This document shows, one piece after another, positions 15,392-25,751 of a stretch of DNA of 64,000 nt. The position numbers and the translations under genes are program-made. This stretch comes from Chitinophaga pinensis. Its GTDB lineage: Bacteria; Bacteroidota; Bacteroidia; Chitinophagales; Chitinophagaceae. The DNA is taken from NCBI GenBank assembly GCA_945862385.1, contig CAMAXV010000003.1, forward strand, positions 156,522 to 220,521, given 5' to 3'. The notes beneath the pieces were generated by a model that saw only the letters and a list, made by a program, of their open reading frames with translations, did not search any database and had not been told where the DNA came from. Positions within the stretch are counted from its first letter, which is position 1. Each line of letters begins with the position of its first letter.

Positions 15392-16423
15392 ATGACAGAA
15401 CTGAAGAATGATCTACTGCTTAAGGCCCTTCGCGGAGAATCAGTAGAAAGGCCACCTGTATGGATGATGCGCCAGGCTGGCAGATACCTTCCTGACTATA
15501 TCAAACTGCGTGAAAAATATGATTTCTTCACCCGGGTACAAACACCGGAGCTTGCCACGGAAATCACACTTCAACCCATTGATCAGGTTGGAGTTGATGC
15601 TGCCATTATTTTCAGTGACATCCTCGTTATACCTCAGGCCATGGGTGTTGAAGTGCTGATGGAAGAAGGAAAAGGCCCTTCCCTGCCCCGAACCATTAAA
15701 ACACAAGAGGATATTGACAACCTCATAACAACAGGCGTTGAAGAAAGTCTGGGGTACATGTATGCTGCACTAAACCTTACCAAAAAAGAATTGAATGGAA
15801 GGGTTCCCCTGATTGGATTTGCAGGAGCACCCTGGACTATCCTCTGTTACATGGTGGAAGGTAAAGGCAGTAAAACATGGGACAAAGCCAAACAATTTGC
15901 CTATACACAACCAGCACTGGCACATCAGTTATTACAAAAAATTACAGACATTACAATCCTATATTTGATTGAGCAGGTCAAGGCCGGAGCAGATACTGTT
16001 CAGGTTTTCGACAGCTGGGCAGGTTCACTGAGTCCTGCTGATTTCAAAATATATGCACAGCCTTATCTTTTTCAGATTGCAACTGCATTAAAACCATATG
16101 CACCCGTTATTTTGTTTCCTAAAGGCAGCTGGTATGCACTTGAAGATATCACCGGCAGTGATGCAAGTGGTGTTGGCATAGACTGGTGTATTACACCACA
16201 GATGGCAAGACAACTGACAAATAACAGCATTACCATCCAGGGCAATTTTGATCCTGCCATGTTACTTGCCCCAATACCGGAAATCAAAAAAGCTGTCACA
16301 ACAATGATAGATGCCTTTGGTCCGCAAAGGTACATTGCTAACCTTGGGCATGGCATCACACCCAATGTTCCTGTAGACCATGCAAGGGCCTTTGTTGATG
16401 CCGTAAAATCATACAGTATTTAA
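15392..16423 (+). CDS. hemE: uroporphyrinogen decarboxylase
   Basis: [16 protein letters not shown] signature and IIFSDILV; 343 aa. Confidence 0.9.
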   Translation: MTELKNDLLLKALRGESVERPPVWMMRQAGRYLPDYIKLREKYDFFTRVQTPELATEITLQPIDQVGVDAAIIFSDILVIPQAMGVEVLMEEGKGPSLPRTIKTQEDIDNLITTGVEESLGYMYAALNLTKKELNGRVPLIGFAGAPWTILCYMVEGKGSKTWDKAKQFAYTQPALAHQLLQKITDITILYLIEQVKAGADTVQVFDSWAGSLSPADFKIYAQPYLFQIATALKPYAPVILFPKGSWYALEDITGSDASGVGIDWCITPQMARQLTNNSITIQGNFDPAMLLAPIPEIKKAVTTMIDAFGPQRYIANLGHGITPNVPVDHARAFVDAVKSYSI

Positions 16424-16459
16424 CGCGGTCATATCCCTCCAATTTTAACTAACGCTCCC

Positions 16460-17383
16460 ATGAATATCAAAGAAAACTGGATTCAGTTCATACATGGTTT
16501 GCAAGATGATATCTGTGCAGCAATTGAAAATGAGGATGGACAGGCAAAGTTCAGGGAAGATGCCTGGCAACGTCTGGAAGGTGGTGGAGGCAGAACCCGT
16601 ATCATTTGCAATGGCAATGTATTTGAAAAAGGAGGCGTCAACACATCCATCGTTTTTGGTGATGTTACAGAAGCAATGACATCCCAGCTTAAGATCAATG
16701 GCCACAAATGGTTTGCATGCGGGCTTAGTCTTGTTCTCCATCCGGTTAATCCCTTTGTACCTACCATTCACTGTAATTACAGGATGTTTGAATTATACAA
16801 TGAAGCAGGAGAAACTGTTGACCGCTGGTTTGGTGGCGGAACTGACCTTACCCCCTACTACCTGGATGTGGCAGATGTCACACATTTTCACAAGACCTAT
16901 AAAGATGCCTGCGACAAGTTCGATGTTGGCTTCTATCCCCATTTCAAAAAAGAATGTGACAACTACTTTGTCAACTGGCATAGAAATCAGGAAAGAAGAG
17001 GGATTGGTGGTATCTTCTACGACTATCAACGTCCGGCTGGTGAAAGAGACGCATCTTTTTGGATGAACTTTGCCAAAACCTGCGGATATGCTTTTATTGA
17101 TGCTTATCTTCCTGTTGTTTCAAAGCATAAAGCTGATGAGTTTTCAGAAAGCCATAAATTCTGGCAGGAGATCAGAAGAGGCCGATATGTTGAATTCAAT
17201 TTGGTGCATGACAGAGGTACAATATTTGGATTGAAAACAAATGGCAGAACAGAAAGTATTCTGATGAGCCTCCCTCCAACTGTGCGCTTTGAATATGATT
17301 ATCAACCTGAACCGGGAAGTCCGGAAGATGAATTGCTTCAGGCTTGTTTACATCCGAGAGACTGGCTATCCATCAACAATTAA
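16460..17383 (+). CDS. hemF: oxygen-dependent coproporphyrinogen III oxidase
   Basis: RWFGGGTDLTPYY, RRGIGGIFYD and RGRYVEFNLVHDRGTIFGL blocks. Confidence 0.9.
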   Translation: MNIKENWIQFIHGLQDDICAAIENEDGQAKFREDAWQRLEGGGGRTRIICNGNVFEKGGVNTSIVFGDVTEAMTSQLKINGHKWFACGLSLVLHPVNPFVPTIHCNYRMFELYNEAGETVDRWFGGGTDLTPYYLDVADVTHFHKTYKDACDKFDVGFYPHFKKECDNYFVNWHRNQERRGIGGIFYDYQRPAGERDASFWMNFAKTCGYAFIDAYLPVVSKHKADEFSESHKFWQEIRRGRYVEFNLVHDRGTIFGLKTNGRTESILMSLPPTVRFEYDYQPEPGSPEDELLQACLHPRDWLSINN

Positions 17384-17400
17384 CCATTTCAAAATCCAGT

Positions 17401-18375
17401 ATGTATCTCCAAAGACGAAACCGCATCCTCAGAAAAAATCACGCAATACGTGACCTCGTAAGGGAAACCATTTTAACACCGGATGATTTCATTGTTCCAC
17501 TTTTTATTGATGAAGGACAAAATATCAAAACTGAAATTCCATCCATGCCCGGCTACTACCGTAACAGCCTGGATGTAACTGTTGAAGAAGTAAAACTTTT
17601 GTGGAACATGGGTTTGAAAAGCGTTTTACTTTTCATCAAATGTTCCGATCACCTCAAAGACAATACAGGAAAAGAAGCATGGAATCCGGATGGTCTCATG
17701 CAACGCAGCATCAAAGCCATTAAAGATGCCGTTCCTGAAATGTATGTTATGACAGATATAGCATTGGACCCCTACTCTTCTTATGGTCATGATGGCATTG
17801 TAAAAAACGGACAAATAATCAACGATGAAACCGTTGAAGCACTTGTTCAGATGAGCATCAGTCATGCTGCTGCAGGTGCAGATATGGTGGCACCAAGCGA
17901 TATGATGGATGGCCGCATCGGAGCAATTCGTAAAGGGCTTGAAGAAACCGGATATACACAAACGGGAATCATGAGTTACAGTGCGAAATATGCTTCCTGC
18001 TTTTATGGTCCATTCCGCGATGCACTCGACTCAGCTCCCGGTTTTGGCGATAAGAAAACCTACCAGATGGATTATGCCAACCGGCTGGAAGCAGTCAGGG
18101 AAACCATCATGGACGTGCAGGAGGGTGCTGACATCGTAATGGTAAAACCAGCACTCAGCTACCTCGATATCATCAGAGAAGTAAAAAATGCAGTGGATGT
18201 ACCCGTGAGCGCATATAACATCAGTGGAGAATACGCTATGATCAAGGCTGCTGCAAAGAATGGCTGGATCAATGAAGACAAGGCTATCCTGGAAGTACTA
18301 ACTTCCATCAAACGCGCAGGCGCAGATATGATAGCTACTTATTTTGCAAAAGATGCAGTTAAATTACTTGGATAA
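17401..18375 (+). CDS. hemB: porphobilinogen synthase (delta-aminolevulinate dehydratase)
   Basis: [18 protein letters not shown] and [12 protein letters not shown] (active-site Lys) motifs. The ATG at 17401 is preferred, because the track start 17344 overlaps hemF. Confidence 0.9.
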   Translation: MYLQRRNRILRKNHAIRDLVRETILTPDDFIVPLFIDEGQNIKTEIPSMPGYYRNSLDVTVEEVKLLWNMGLKSVLLFIKCSDHLKDNTGKEAWNPDGLMQRSIKAIKDAVPEMYVMTDIALDPYSSYGHDGIVKNGQIINDETVEALVQMSISHAAAGADMVAPSDMMDGRIGAIRKGLEETGYTQTGIMSYSAKYASCFYGPFRDALDSAPGFGDKKTYQMDYANRLEAVRETIMDVQEGADIVMVKPALSYLDIIREVKNAVDVPVSAYNISGEYAMIKAAAKNGWINEDKAILEVLTSIKRAGADMIATYFAKDAVKLLG

Positions 18376-18388
18376 AAATAGTGAAGCC

Positions 18389-19675
18389 ATGAATACTGGA
18401 ACAAGTCAGTCACTTTTCAACAGAGCACAACAAAGTATACCAGGTGGAGTGAACTCGCCTGTTAGGGCATTCAAGAGCGTTGGAGGCACACCCATCTTCA
18501 TGCAAAAGGCAAAAGGTGCCTACCTCTATGATGCAGACGGAAACCGATATATAGACTTCATCGCCTCCTGGGGGCCGATGATACTCGGACATGCCTATGG
18601 TCCTGTTGTAGAAGCAATCAGAGAAAAAGCTTACGACTCAACTTCTTTCGGCGCACCTACCGAACTTGAAATTGAAATGGCAGAACTGATTATTAGCATG
18701 GCCCCTCATGTTGACCTGATCAGGATGGTCAGTAGCGGAACGGAAGCCTGTATGAGTGCAATCCGACTTGCCAGAGGCTTTACCGGAAAAAATAAATTCA
18801 TCAAATTCGAAGGACATTATCATGGCCATGCAGATTCCTTCCTGGTAAAAGCAGGCAGCGGTGTTGCCACCTTCAATATTCAAACTGTACCGGGCGTTAC
18901 TTCTGGTGTATCCAATGATACGCTAACAGCACCCTATAACGATCTGGAAGCGGTAAATAAACTAATAGCAGAAAATAAAGCTGAAATAGCCGCCATCATT
19001 GTTGAACCCGTTGCAGGCAATATGGGATGCGTTTTACCGCAACCTGGGTTTCTGGAAGGCTTAAGGCAGCTATGTGATCAGGAAGGTATCGTTCTGATTT
19101 TTGATGAGGTGATGACCGGTTTCAGACTGGCACCAGGGGGTGCGCAGGAAAGACTGGGTATCCGGGCTGACCTGGTGACCTATGGTAAAGTAATTGGAGG
19201 AGGGATGCCTGTAGGTGCATTTGGAGGAAGAAGGGAAATCATGGAAATGGTTGCCCCGTTGGGAGGCGTTTACCAAGCCGGAACACTTAGTGGAAATCCC
19301 ATTGCCATGATTGCGGGAAAAACATTGCTGGAAGGATTAAAAAATAATCCTTCCATTTACAAGGAGCTGGATGAAAAAACGGTATACCTGAAAGAAGGTC
19401 TTGAAAAGGTTCTGACTGAATGGGGAAACCCCTTTGTCATCAATCAGCTGGGCTCCATGATCAGCGTTCATTTTTCTGATAAACCAGTCTCCAGTTTCAA
19501 TGATGCTGCAGAAGCCAACAATGAATTGTTCAAAAAATTCTTTCATGCCATGCTTAACAAAGGAATTTACCTCCCACCCTCACCTTATGAAAGCTGGTTC
19601 CTGAACAACGCGTTGACATATGAGGACCTCGATGAAACCATTCAGGCTACAAAAGCATCATTGGCGGAATTGTAA
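18389..19675 (+). CDS. hemL: glutamate-1-semialdehyde 2,1-aminomutase
   Basis: [21 protein letters not shown] and YGKVIGGG (PLP Lys) motifs. The ATG at 18389 is preferred. Confidence 0.9.
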   Translation: MNTGTSQSLFNRAQQSIPGGVNSPVRAFKSVGGTPIFMQKAKGAYLYDADGNRYIDFIASWGPMILGHAYGPVVEAIREKAYDSTSFGAPTELEIEMAELIISMAPHVDLIRMVSSGTEACMSAIRLARGFTGKNKFIKFEGHYHGHADSFLVKAGSGVATFNIQTVPGVTSGVSNDTLTAPYNDLEAVNKLIAENKAEIAAIIVEPVAGNMGCVLPQPGFLEGLRQLCDQEGIVLIFDEVMTGFRLAPGGAQERLGIRADLVTYGKVIGGGMPVGAFGGRREIMEMVAPLGGVYQAGTLSGNPIAMIAGKTLLEGLKNNPSIYKELDEKTVYLKEGLEKVLTEWGNPFVINQLGSMISVHFSDKPVSSFNDAAEANNELFKKFFHAMLNKGIYLPPSPYESWFLNNALTYEDLDETIQATKASLAEL

Positions 19676-19796
19676 CTGCTTTAATTGTCATTGGCTCAGA
19701 TTCATCCGGTTTTTTAGGTAGTTACCATTTTTTTTGGTAAATTATGGTGCTTTATTTTATTGTCACCTTATCAACCTAAATAACCTGACAACAGCC

Positions 19797-21683
19797 ATGC
19801 GTCCATTCATTTCAACTGCCTTCTCTATCCTTGCAGGCATACTCCTTTCATTTAATGTTTTTTCACAGACCAGCCTGGGCCGCTTAAATACCAGTCAGTC
19901 ACACCCCAGAATTCTCCTTTTTGAAAATGAAGAAACAGTTCTGGTAAATTCCATTAAGGCAGATACAACATGGACTATGTTGCACCAGGCCATGCTAAAA
20001 GAATGTGACAGGCTCCTGAACACAGAACCAGTCAAAAGAATACAGATTGGAAGGAGGTTATTAGATAAATCAAGAGAAGCCCTGAGGAGAATTTTCATGC
20101 TCTCCTATGCGTGGCGAACCACAAAAGATGACAGGTATTTTAACCGGGCAGAAAAAGAACTGCTGGCCATTTCAGGATTCAGCGACTGGAATCCCACCCA
20201 TTTCCTGGATGTGGCAGAAATGACCATGGCTGCAGCCATCGGCTACGATTGGCTTTATCCCCAATTATCCATTGAATCCAGGAATAAAATTAAAGATGCC
20301 ATACTGAAAAAAGGACTCGAACCATCTCTTGATGCCAAGTATAACAGCTGGCTGAAAGCAGAACACAACTGGAATCAGGTCTGCAATGCAGGAATGACCT
20401 ATGGTGCCATGGCCATATTTGAAGACCAACCTGAACTTGCATCGCAGGTTATGGAAAGGGCTATTCAAACCATTACCCTTCCAATGAAGGATTATGGTCC
20501 GGATGGTATCTATCCGGAAGGCTATGGATACTGGGGATATGGTACCAGTTTTAATGTTATGTTCCTCAGCGCGCTTGAAAAACTGTACAGTACAGATTTT
20601 GATTTGAACCAGGTGCCGGGATTCCTCAAAACAGGGGGATTTATGGAAAATATGACTGGTCCAACTGGCAAGCCATTTAACTATTCCGATGCCGGCAGTT
20701 CTGGGGGATTTCATCCCGCCATGTTCTGGTTAGCCAACAAAACCAAGGACCCAAGCCTGCTTTGGATAGAAAAAAACTACCTGATTGCTGGAAATGCGGA
20801 AAAGCTCGTAAAAGACCGTTTGCTGCCTGCCATCATGCTGTGGAAAGGGAATTTTTCCACAAAGGATATCGTGGCTCCAGAAGCGTTAACCTGGACCGGA
20901 AACGGTAAAAATCCAATCAGCATGATGAGGACTTCATGGACAGATTCCAACGCAGTTTATGTAGCTACAAAAGGTGGCTCAGCCTCTATCAACCATGCAC
21001 ATATGGATATTGGCTCATTTGTGATGGATGCCCTGGGAGTAAGATGGGCAATGGATTTTGGCATGCAGGACTATGAATCACTTGAGTCTAAAGGTGTAAA
21101 ACTCTGGGGCAGAACTCAGGATTCTGAAAGATGGAATGTTTTCCGATTGAATAATTTCACACACAATACACTCAGCATAGACAGCCAGTTGCAGGTTGTA
21201 TCCGGACATGCTCCCATCAGCAGTACAGGAAATGCGGTAAACAACATGTTCACCGTTTTTGACCTTAAATCTGTTTATGCCGGACAATTGATGGATGCAA
21301 AAAGAGGCATATCAATCCTTGATCAAAATCAGGTATTGGTAAGGGATGAATATACAACGGCAGCAAAAGAAACCAAAATAAGGTGGACTATGCTAACCCC
21401 GGCTATTGCTAATATCACCGGTGATAATGAAATCATTTTGCAAAAAGATGGAAAAAAACTGAAACTGGTGGTTGATGCCCCCCAAGGAAAACTCAGTATG
21501 AAAACCTGGAACACTATTGGTCCCAACAGTTATGATGCGCCAAACCCAGGAACCATATTGGTAGGTTTTGAACTGACATTGCCTGCAAATTCAAGTGGAT
21601 TCAGCAATGTTTACCTGCTACCCGGCAATACAAAAAAATCTAAGAAGAACAAGAAACAACCGCTATCCGCATGGGGCCAGTAA
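19797..21683 (+). CDS. heparinase II/III-family polysaccharide lyase-like protein (secreted)
   Basis: Signal peptide MRPFISTAFSILAGILLSFNVFSQ from the ATG at 19797. The SHPRILLFENEE entry motif of the alginate-lyase/DUF4962 N-domain is present, as is INHAHMDIGSF of the heparinase II/III C-domain. Confidence 0.7.
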   Translation: MRPFISTAFSILAGILLSFNVFSQTSLGRLNTSQSHPRILLFENEETVLVNSIKADTTWTMLHQAMLKECDRLLNTEPVKRIQIGRRLLDKSREALRRIFMLSYAWRTTKDDRYFNRAEKELLAISGFSDWNPTHFLDVAEMTMAAAIGYDWLYPQLSIESRNKIKDAILKKGLEPSLDAKYNSWLKAEHNWNQVCNAGMTYGAMAIFEDQPELASQVMERAIQTITLPMKDYGPDGIYPEGYGYWGYGTSFNVMFLSALEKLYSTDFDLNQVPGFLKTGGFMENMTGPTGKPFNYSDAGSSGGFHPAMFWLANKTKDPSLLWIEKNYLIAGNAEKLVKDRLLPAIMLWKGNFSTKDIVAPEALTWTGNGKNPISMMRTSWTDSNAVYVATKGGSASINHAHMDIGSFVMDALGVRWAMDFGMQDYESLESKGVKLWGRTQDSERWNVFRLNNFTHNTLSIDSQLQVVSGHAPISSTGNAVNNMFTVFDLKSVYAGQLMDAKRGISILDQNQVLVRDEYTTAAKETKIRWTMLTPAIANITGDNEIILQKDGKKLKLVVDAPQGKLSMKTWNTIGPNSYDAPNPGTILVGFELTLPANSSGFSNVYLLPGNTKKSKKNKKQPLSAWGQ

Positions 21684-23047
21684 GCCGATTTTGTGTTTTC
21701 ATTATCGTCAAACTGATCTTTTTTCCCATCATACTATCGGGACAGGAGGTAACCGACGGATATAGAGGAATTTGGTTCACGCTGGGACAGTATTCTACCC
21801 ATGGAGATAAATATTCAGGAGGATTAGGTACTTATACTGCCAATCATGTGCCCACGGCCATTTACAGCAAACAGGCGAAAAAAACCTTCTTCGTATATGG
21901 CGGCGCATCAACTGTTGACAGGAACAGCCTTCAAATCATGATATCCTATTATGATCATCACACAGCTACAGTTCCCAAGCCAATCATAGTCCTGGAAAAA
22001 AAGGGGGTCAATGATCCACACGACAATCCATCACTATCTATTGATGAGCAAGGATATATATGGGTATTTGTCAGCGGTAGAAATACTAGCAGACCGGGGT
22101 TTGTTTACAGAAGTAACCAACCCTATGATATAACCAGATTTGAAAAAATACTGGAAGACGAGATTACCTATCCCCAACCCTGGTATATCCCGGAAAAAGG
22201 TTTCCTACATCTCTTCACCCGTTATACCAATGGTAGGGAACTATATTGGTCAGCCAGCAAGGATGGATTTTCGTGGAGTAGAGGCAAAAAAATTGCCGGA
22301 TTTGGTGGACACTATCAGATCTCTGTTGTTCATCATGAAAAAGTATACACAGTATTTAACTATCATCCTGGTGGAAATGTAGACAAACGTACCAATATCT
22401 ATTTGATGCAAACAGATGACTTAGGGAATAGCTGGCAAAATATTGAGAACAAAACATTACCAATCCCATTGGATAAGGTTATGAATGCTGCATTGGTTCA
22501 CGAATATGAAAAGGAAGGCAAACTCGTTTATCTGCAAGATATAAATATTGATGAAAATGGCTATCCGGTTATACTGGCACTCATTTCAAGAGACCACAGG
22601 CCTGGCCCAAATGGAAATCCCCGCGAATGGATTATCTGGAAAAGAAAAAATGGAAGCTGGAACGAAACAAAAGTGACCGAGTCTACACACAATTACGATA
22701 TGGGGTCACTTTACATTGAGAAAAAGAAATGGACCATCATCGGACCTACGGAACCCGGTCCACAGTATTGGGGAACTGGCGGAGAAATGGTATTGTGGGA
22801 AAGCAGGGATTCTGGTGAAACATGGCAAAAGACAAAATCACTTACCGCTAACAGTCAGTTCAATCACAGTTATGCCAGAAGGCCATTGAATGCACACAAG
22901 GATTTTTATGCCTTCTGGGCTGATGGGCATGCTGATACGCTTTCGCCTTCAAGGCTTTATTTTGTGAATAAAAAGGGGGCAGTAAGACAGTTACCCTATC
23001 AAATGGTATCAGAAAAAGTAAAACCTCAAAAACTCATTGCACGATGA
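21671..23047 (+). CDS. BNR-4 (sialidase-like beta-propeller) family protein
   Basis: DGYRGIWFTLGQ...KYSGGLGTYTANHVPTAIY...FFVYGG matches my recollection of the BNR_4 family N-terminus. An SxDxGxxW-like repeat is present (SRDSGETWQ). It overlaps the upstream stop by 13 nt. Confidence 0.5.
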   Translation: MGPVSRFCVFIIVKLIFFPIILSGQEVTDGYRGIWFTLGQYSTHGDKYSGGLGTYTANHVPTAIYSKQAKKTFFVYGGASTVDRNSLQIMISYYDHHTATVPKPIIVLEKKGVNDPHDNPSLSIDEQGYIWVFVSGRNTSRPGFVYRSNQPYDITRFEKILEDEITYPQPWYIPEKGFLHLFTRYTNGRELYWSASKDGFSWSRGKKIAGFGGHYQISVVHHEKVYTVFNYHPGGNVDKRTNIYLMQTDDLGNSWQNIENKTLPIPLDKVMNAALVHEYEKEGKLVYLQDINIDENGYPVILALISRDHRPGPNGNPREWIIWKRKNGSWNETKVTESTHNYDMGSLYIEKKKWTIIGPTEPGPQYWGTGGEMVLWESRDSGETWQKTKSLTANSQFNHSYARRPLNAHKDFYAFWADGHADTLSPSRLYFVNKKGAVRQLPYQMVSEKVKPQKLIAR

Positions 23048-25749
23048 AAATACATCATCTCAAATATCTTCTCATCCATCACTGTGTGATTGCCATTTTT
23101 TTCTGTGCGGGAATTAGTCACACACTTGCCATGCAGCCAATTGCGGAACATCCCCATATTCTGGTGAATCAGCAAGACAGAAAAACAATCCTTGAAAAAA
23201 TAAGGAATCAGGATTGGGCAGGTAAAATATTTACCGGGATGAAAAGCCGTCTCAATACATATGTTACGAGACATAAAAAAGACCCTGAATGGATTCTGAG
23301 CAGGTACCTGATGAATAGGATTCCAGGCAAGCGTTACACCAACTTCATTTCCGATGCTGATGGAACACAACTCATTTCCTATTCCGGTGATGCCCCCTTC
23401 CCTACTGTGAGGGTTGCACCACATAAGCGTCAACCCATCAGCAAAGATGGATATACATACCGACAACCCACCATTGAAGAGCTGGTGCCAAACGATACCT
23501 CGATCTGTATGTTGATGCAAGTCAATTCACCTGATGGCAGAAAGGAGTGGGCTGATCCCCAGACATTTGTCGATAATATCAATGAGAAAATCAATGCCCT
23601 GGCACTTGATGCAGCGATAATATACTGGTTAAGTGGCGATACCAGCTATGCAAGGTTTGCAGCAGACATCCTTTCGCAGTGGGCAAGAGGTGCGTACCAT
23701 CAAAATCCAATACAAGGTCCATGCAGAACGGGATTCCTCTCTATTCAGACATTAGGAGACGGCAGCTACGAAGCGATGCCACTGATTTATGATTTCCTTT
23801 ATGATTACCTGAGAAAAAACAATTATGAAACTAAATGGTATGAGCCTGTTTTTGATAAAATTGCACACACCATGACGTTCAGGGGCTTCTGGAATAACAA
23901 TTGGTTTGCAGCTCAAACACCTGCACTTGTGTTTTCAGCAATGGCGCTGGAAGACAAGACAAAAAAGGATTATTACCTGAATTTCGTAACAACAAAAGAT
24001 ACAATCAATGGCGGATGTGGTCACCTCAGTATGCCTTCAGTGGTAAAGGAATGGCTAACACCAGACGGCCACTGGAAAGAACCTGGAGGCTATCATAACT
24101 TTCCAGTAAGTAGTTTGCTAACCGCTTCCCTTGCCCTCGAAAAAAATGGAATTCCAGTATTCAAAGACAATCCTGCGCTGCTGGATGCTTCTTATGTGAT
24201 GTTGAAATATTCTTTCCCAAATTTGCAGGCTCCTACTTTTGGGGATACTGGGCCCGCATCACAAAGTCCACTCTCCCTTGAAATCGGCCTATTGATGGCC
24301 AGCAACTATCAGCATCCGCTATTGCCTCAGTTAACTGCTGCAATGAAAAAACTCAAAGCTGAGAAAGGGTATAAACGGGAAGAGGCAGACTACCTGGGTT
24401 TATTATGCTATTTACCCCAGCTTACTGAAGATAAAAGTAACCCTGAATATACATGGTCAAGGAGTGGACAGCTTGATTTTGCAAAAGCATATTTTCAACG
24501 CAATGGTTCAGAACCAAAATCAGCACTGATGTATGTTGTTCAGGGTGCAACATACAACCATAATCATGCCAATGGCATGTCTGTTGAGCTTTATGGATCC
24601 GGAACAGTAATGGCTCCTGATCCGGGTAATGGCCTTACCTATGAAGATCCGATGCATGTCAATTATTATGCACAATGGGGGGCGCACAACACTGTTATCG
24701 CTGGAGGTATTTCAGGACCTGCCACAGTATTTAAAGGTGGAGGCGGTGCAAAAAAAATCGGTGAAATTAAACTAACTGCCATGGAACCTGAAGCGGATCT
24801 GCCAGCAGTATCTCCTAACTTCTCTTTTACAACCACCCGATACAATGATTTGGCTTCCAATACAAATCAGGAAAGGACCCTGGCTATAATAAGAACATCA
24901 GCCAATACAGGATATTACCTGGACATTTACCGGTCTGATCACCCGTTGCACAACAGTTATGTCTATCATAACATCGGTCAGGATTTACAACTGCTGGATT
25001 CTGCTAATAAACTGATCACATTAACTGCAGATTCACTTCCTTTGGCAAAGAAGCCATTTGATCCACCCGGACTCCGATATATCAAAAATGTGCAAACTAC
25101 AGGTGAATACAGCAAAAACCTGACAGCATTATTTGGCATTAAGGATAACGAGAAAGATACAGTACCCAGATTTATGCGTGCAATATATACGGGAGAGGAA
25201 AAAAGGATTTTTTATAAGGGGATGGCTCCACCAACTAAAACTGTTACTCCGCAATTCAGAAGTATTCCAACGCCAACATTGGTTAGTCACCAACTTGGTG
25301 AAGCACGGAGCAGGCCTTTTATAGCAGTTTATGAACCGTTTATCGGAAAAAACAACAACGCTGTATTACAGGCTGAGTGCATCAAAACAAATTCATCAAA
25401 TACTTTTACTGCTTTACATGTGAAAAATAAGAACAACCTGGAACAATTTATTTTTCAGTCAACTGAACCAGCAAATTCACATCAACATGATAACTGGTCA
25501 TTCAAGGGCTCTTTTGGCTTAGTCCATTTAACAAATGGAAACTTATCAGAACTTTATCTGGGAAAGGGAGAGGAAATTCGTTACAAAGGTTATTCCATTA
25601 CGAGCAGCACGCTAAATGGATCAGGGAGTGTGAGAATTTCTGATGGTAAGCTGATCATATTTTGTAACCAAAAAACACTTGTAAAAGTGAATGAAAGACG
25701 ATTTAATGTTCCTCCGGGAGCTGAGTATGAAATCCCATTGAATCAATAA
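23044..25749 (+). CDS. large heparinase II/III-like / alginate-lyase-fold protein
   Basis: EHPHILVNQQDR entry motif, (alpha/alpha)-toroid-like N-half and a YNHNHANGMSVELYGSG block analogous to the heparinase II/III NHxH.D motif. ATGA overlap with the upstream gene. Confidence 0.55.
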   Translation: MKIHHLKYLLIHHCVIAIFFCAGISHTLAMQPIAEHPHILVNQQDRKTILEKIRNQDWAGKIFTGMKSRLNTYVTRHKKDPEWILSRYLMNRIPGKRYTNFISDADGTQLISYSGDAPFPTVRVAPHKRQPISKDGYTYRQPTIEELVPNDTSICMLMQVNSPDGRKEWADPQTFVDNINEKINALALDAAIIYWLSGDTSYARFAADILSQWARGAYHQNPIQGPCRTGFLSIQTLGDGSYEAMPLIYDFLYDYLRKNNYETKWYEPVFDKIAHTMTFRGFWNNNWFAAQTPALVFSAMALEDKTKKDYYLNFVTTKDTINGGCGHLSMPSVVKEWLTPDGHWKEPGGYHNFPVSSLLTASLALEKNGIPVFKDNPALLDASYVMLKYSFPNLQAPTFGDTGPASQSPLSLEIGLLMASNYQHPLLPQLTAAMKKLKAEKGYKREEADYLGLLCYLPQLTEDKSNPEYTWSRSGQLDFAKAYFQRNGSEPKSALMYVVQGATYNHNHANGMSVELYGSGTVMAPDPGNGLTYEDPMHVNYYAQWGAHNTVIAGGISGPATVFKGGGGAKKIGEIKLTAMEPEADLPAVSPNFSFTTTRYNDLASNTNQERTLAIIRTSANTGYYLDIYRSDHPLHNSYVYHNIGQDLQLLDSANKLITLTADSLPLAKKPFDPPGLRYIKNVQTTGEYSKNLTALFGIKDNEKDTVPRFMRAIYTGEEKRIFYKGMAPPTKTVTPQFRSIPTPTLVSHQLGEARSRPFIAVYEPFIGKNNNAVLQAECIKTNSSNTFTALHVKNKNNLEQFIFQSTEPANSHQHDNWSFKGSFGLVHLTNGNLSELYLGKGEEIRYKGYSITSSTLNGSGSVRISDGKLIIFCNQKTLVKVNERRFNVPPGAEYEIPLNQ

Positions 25750-25751
25750 GT

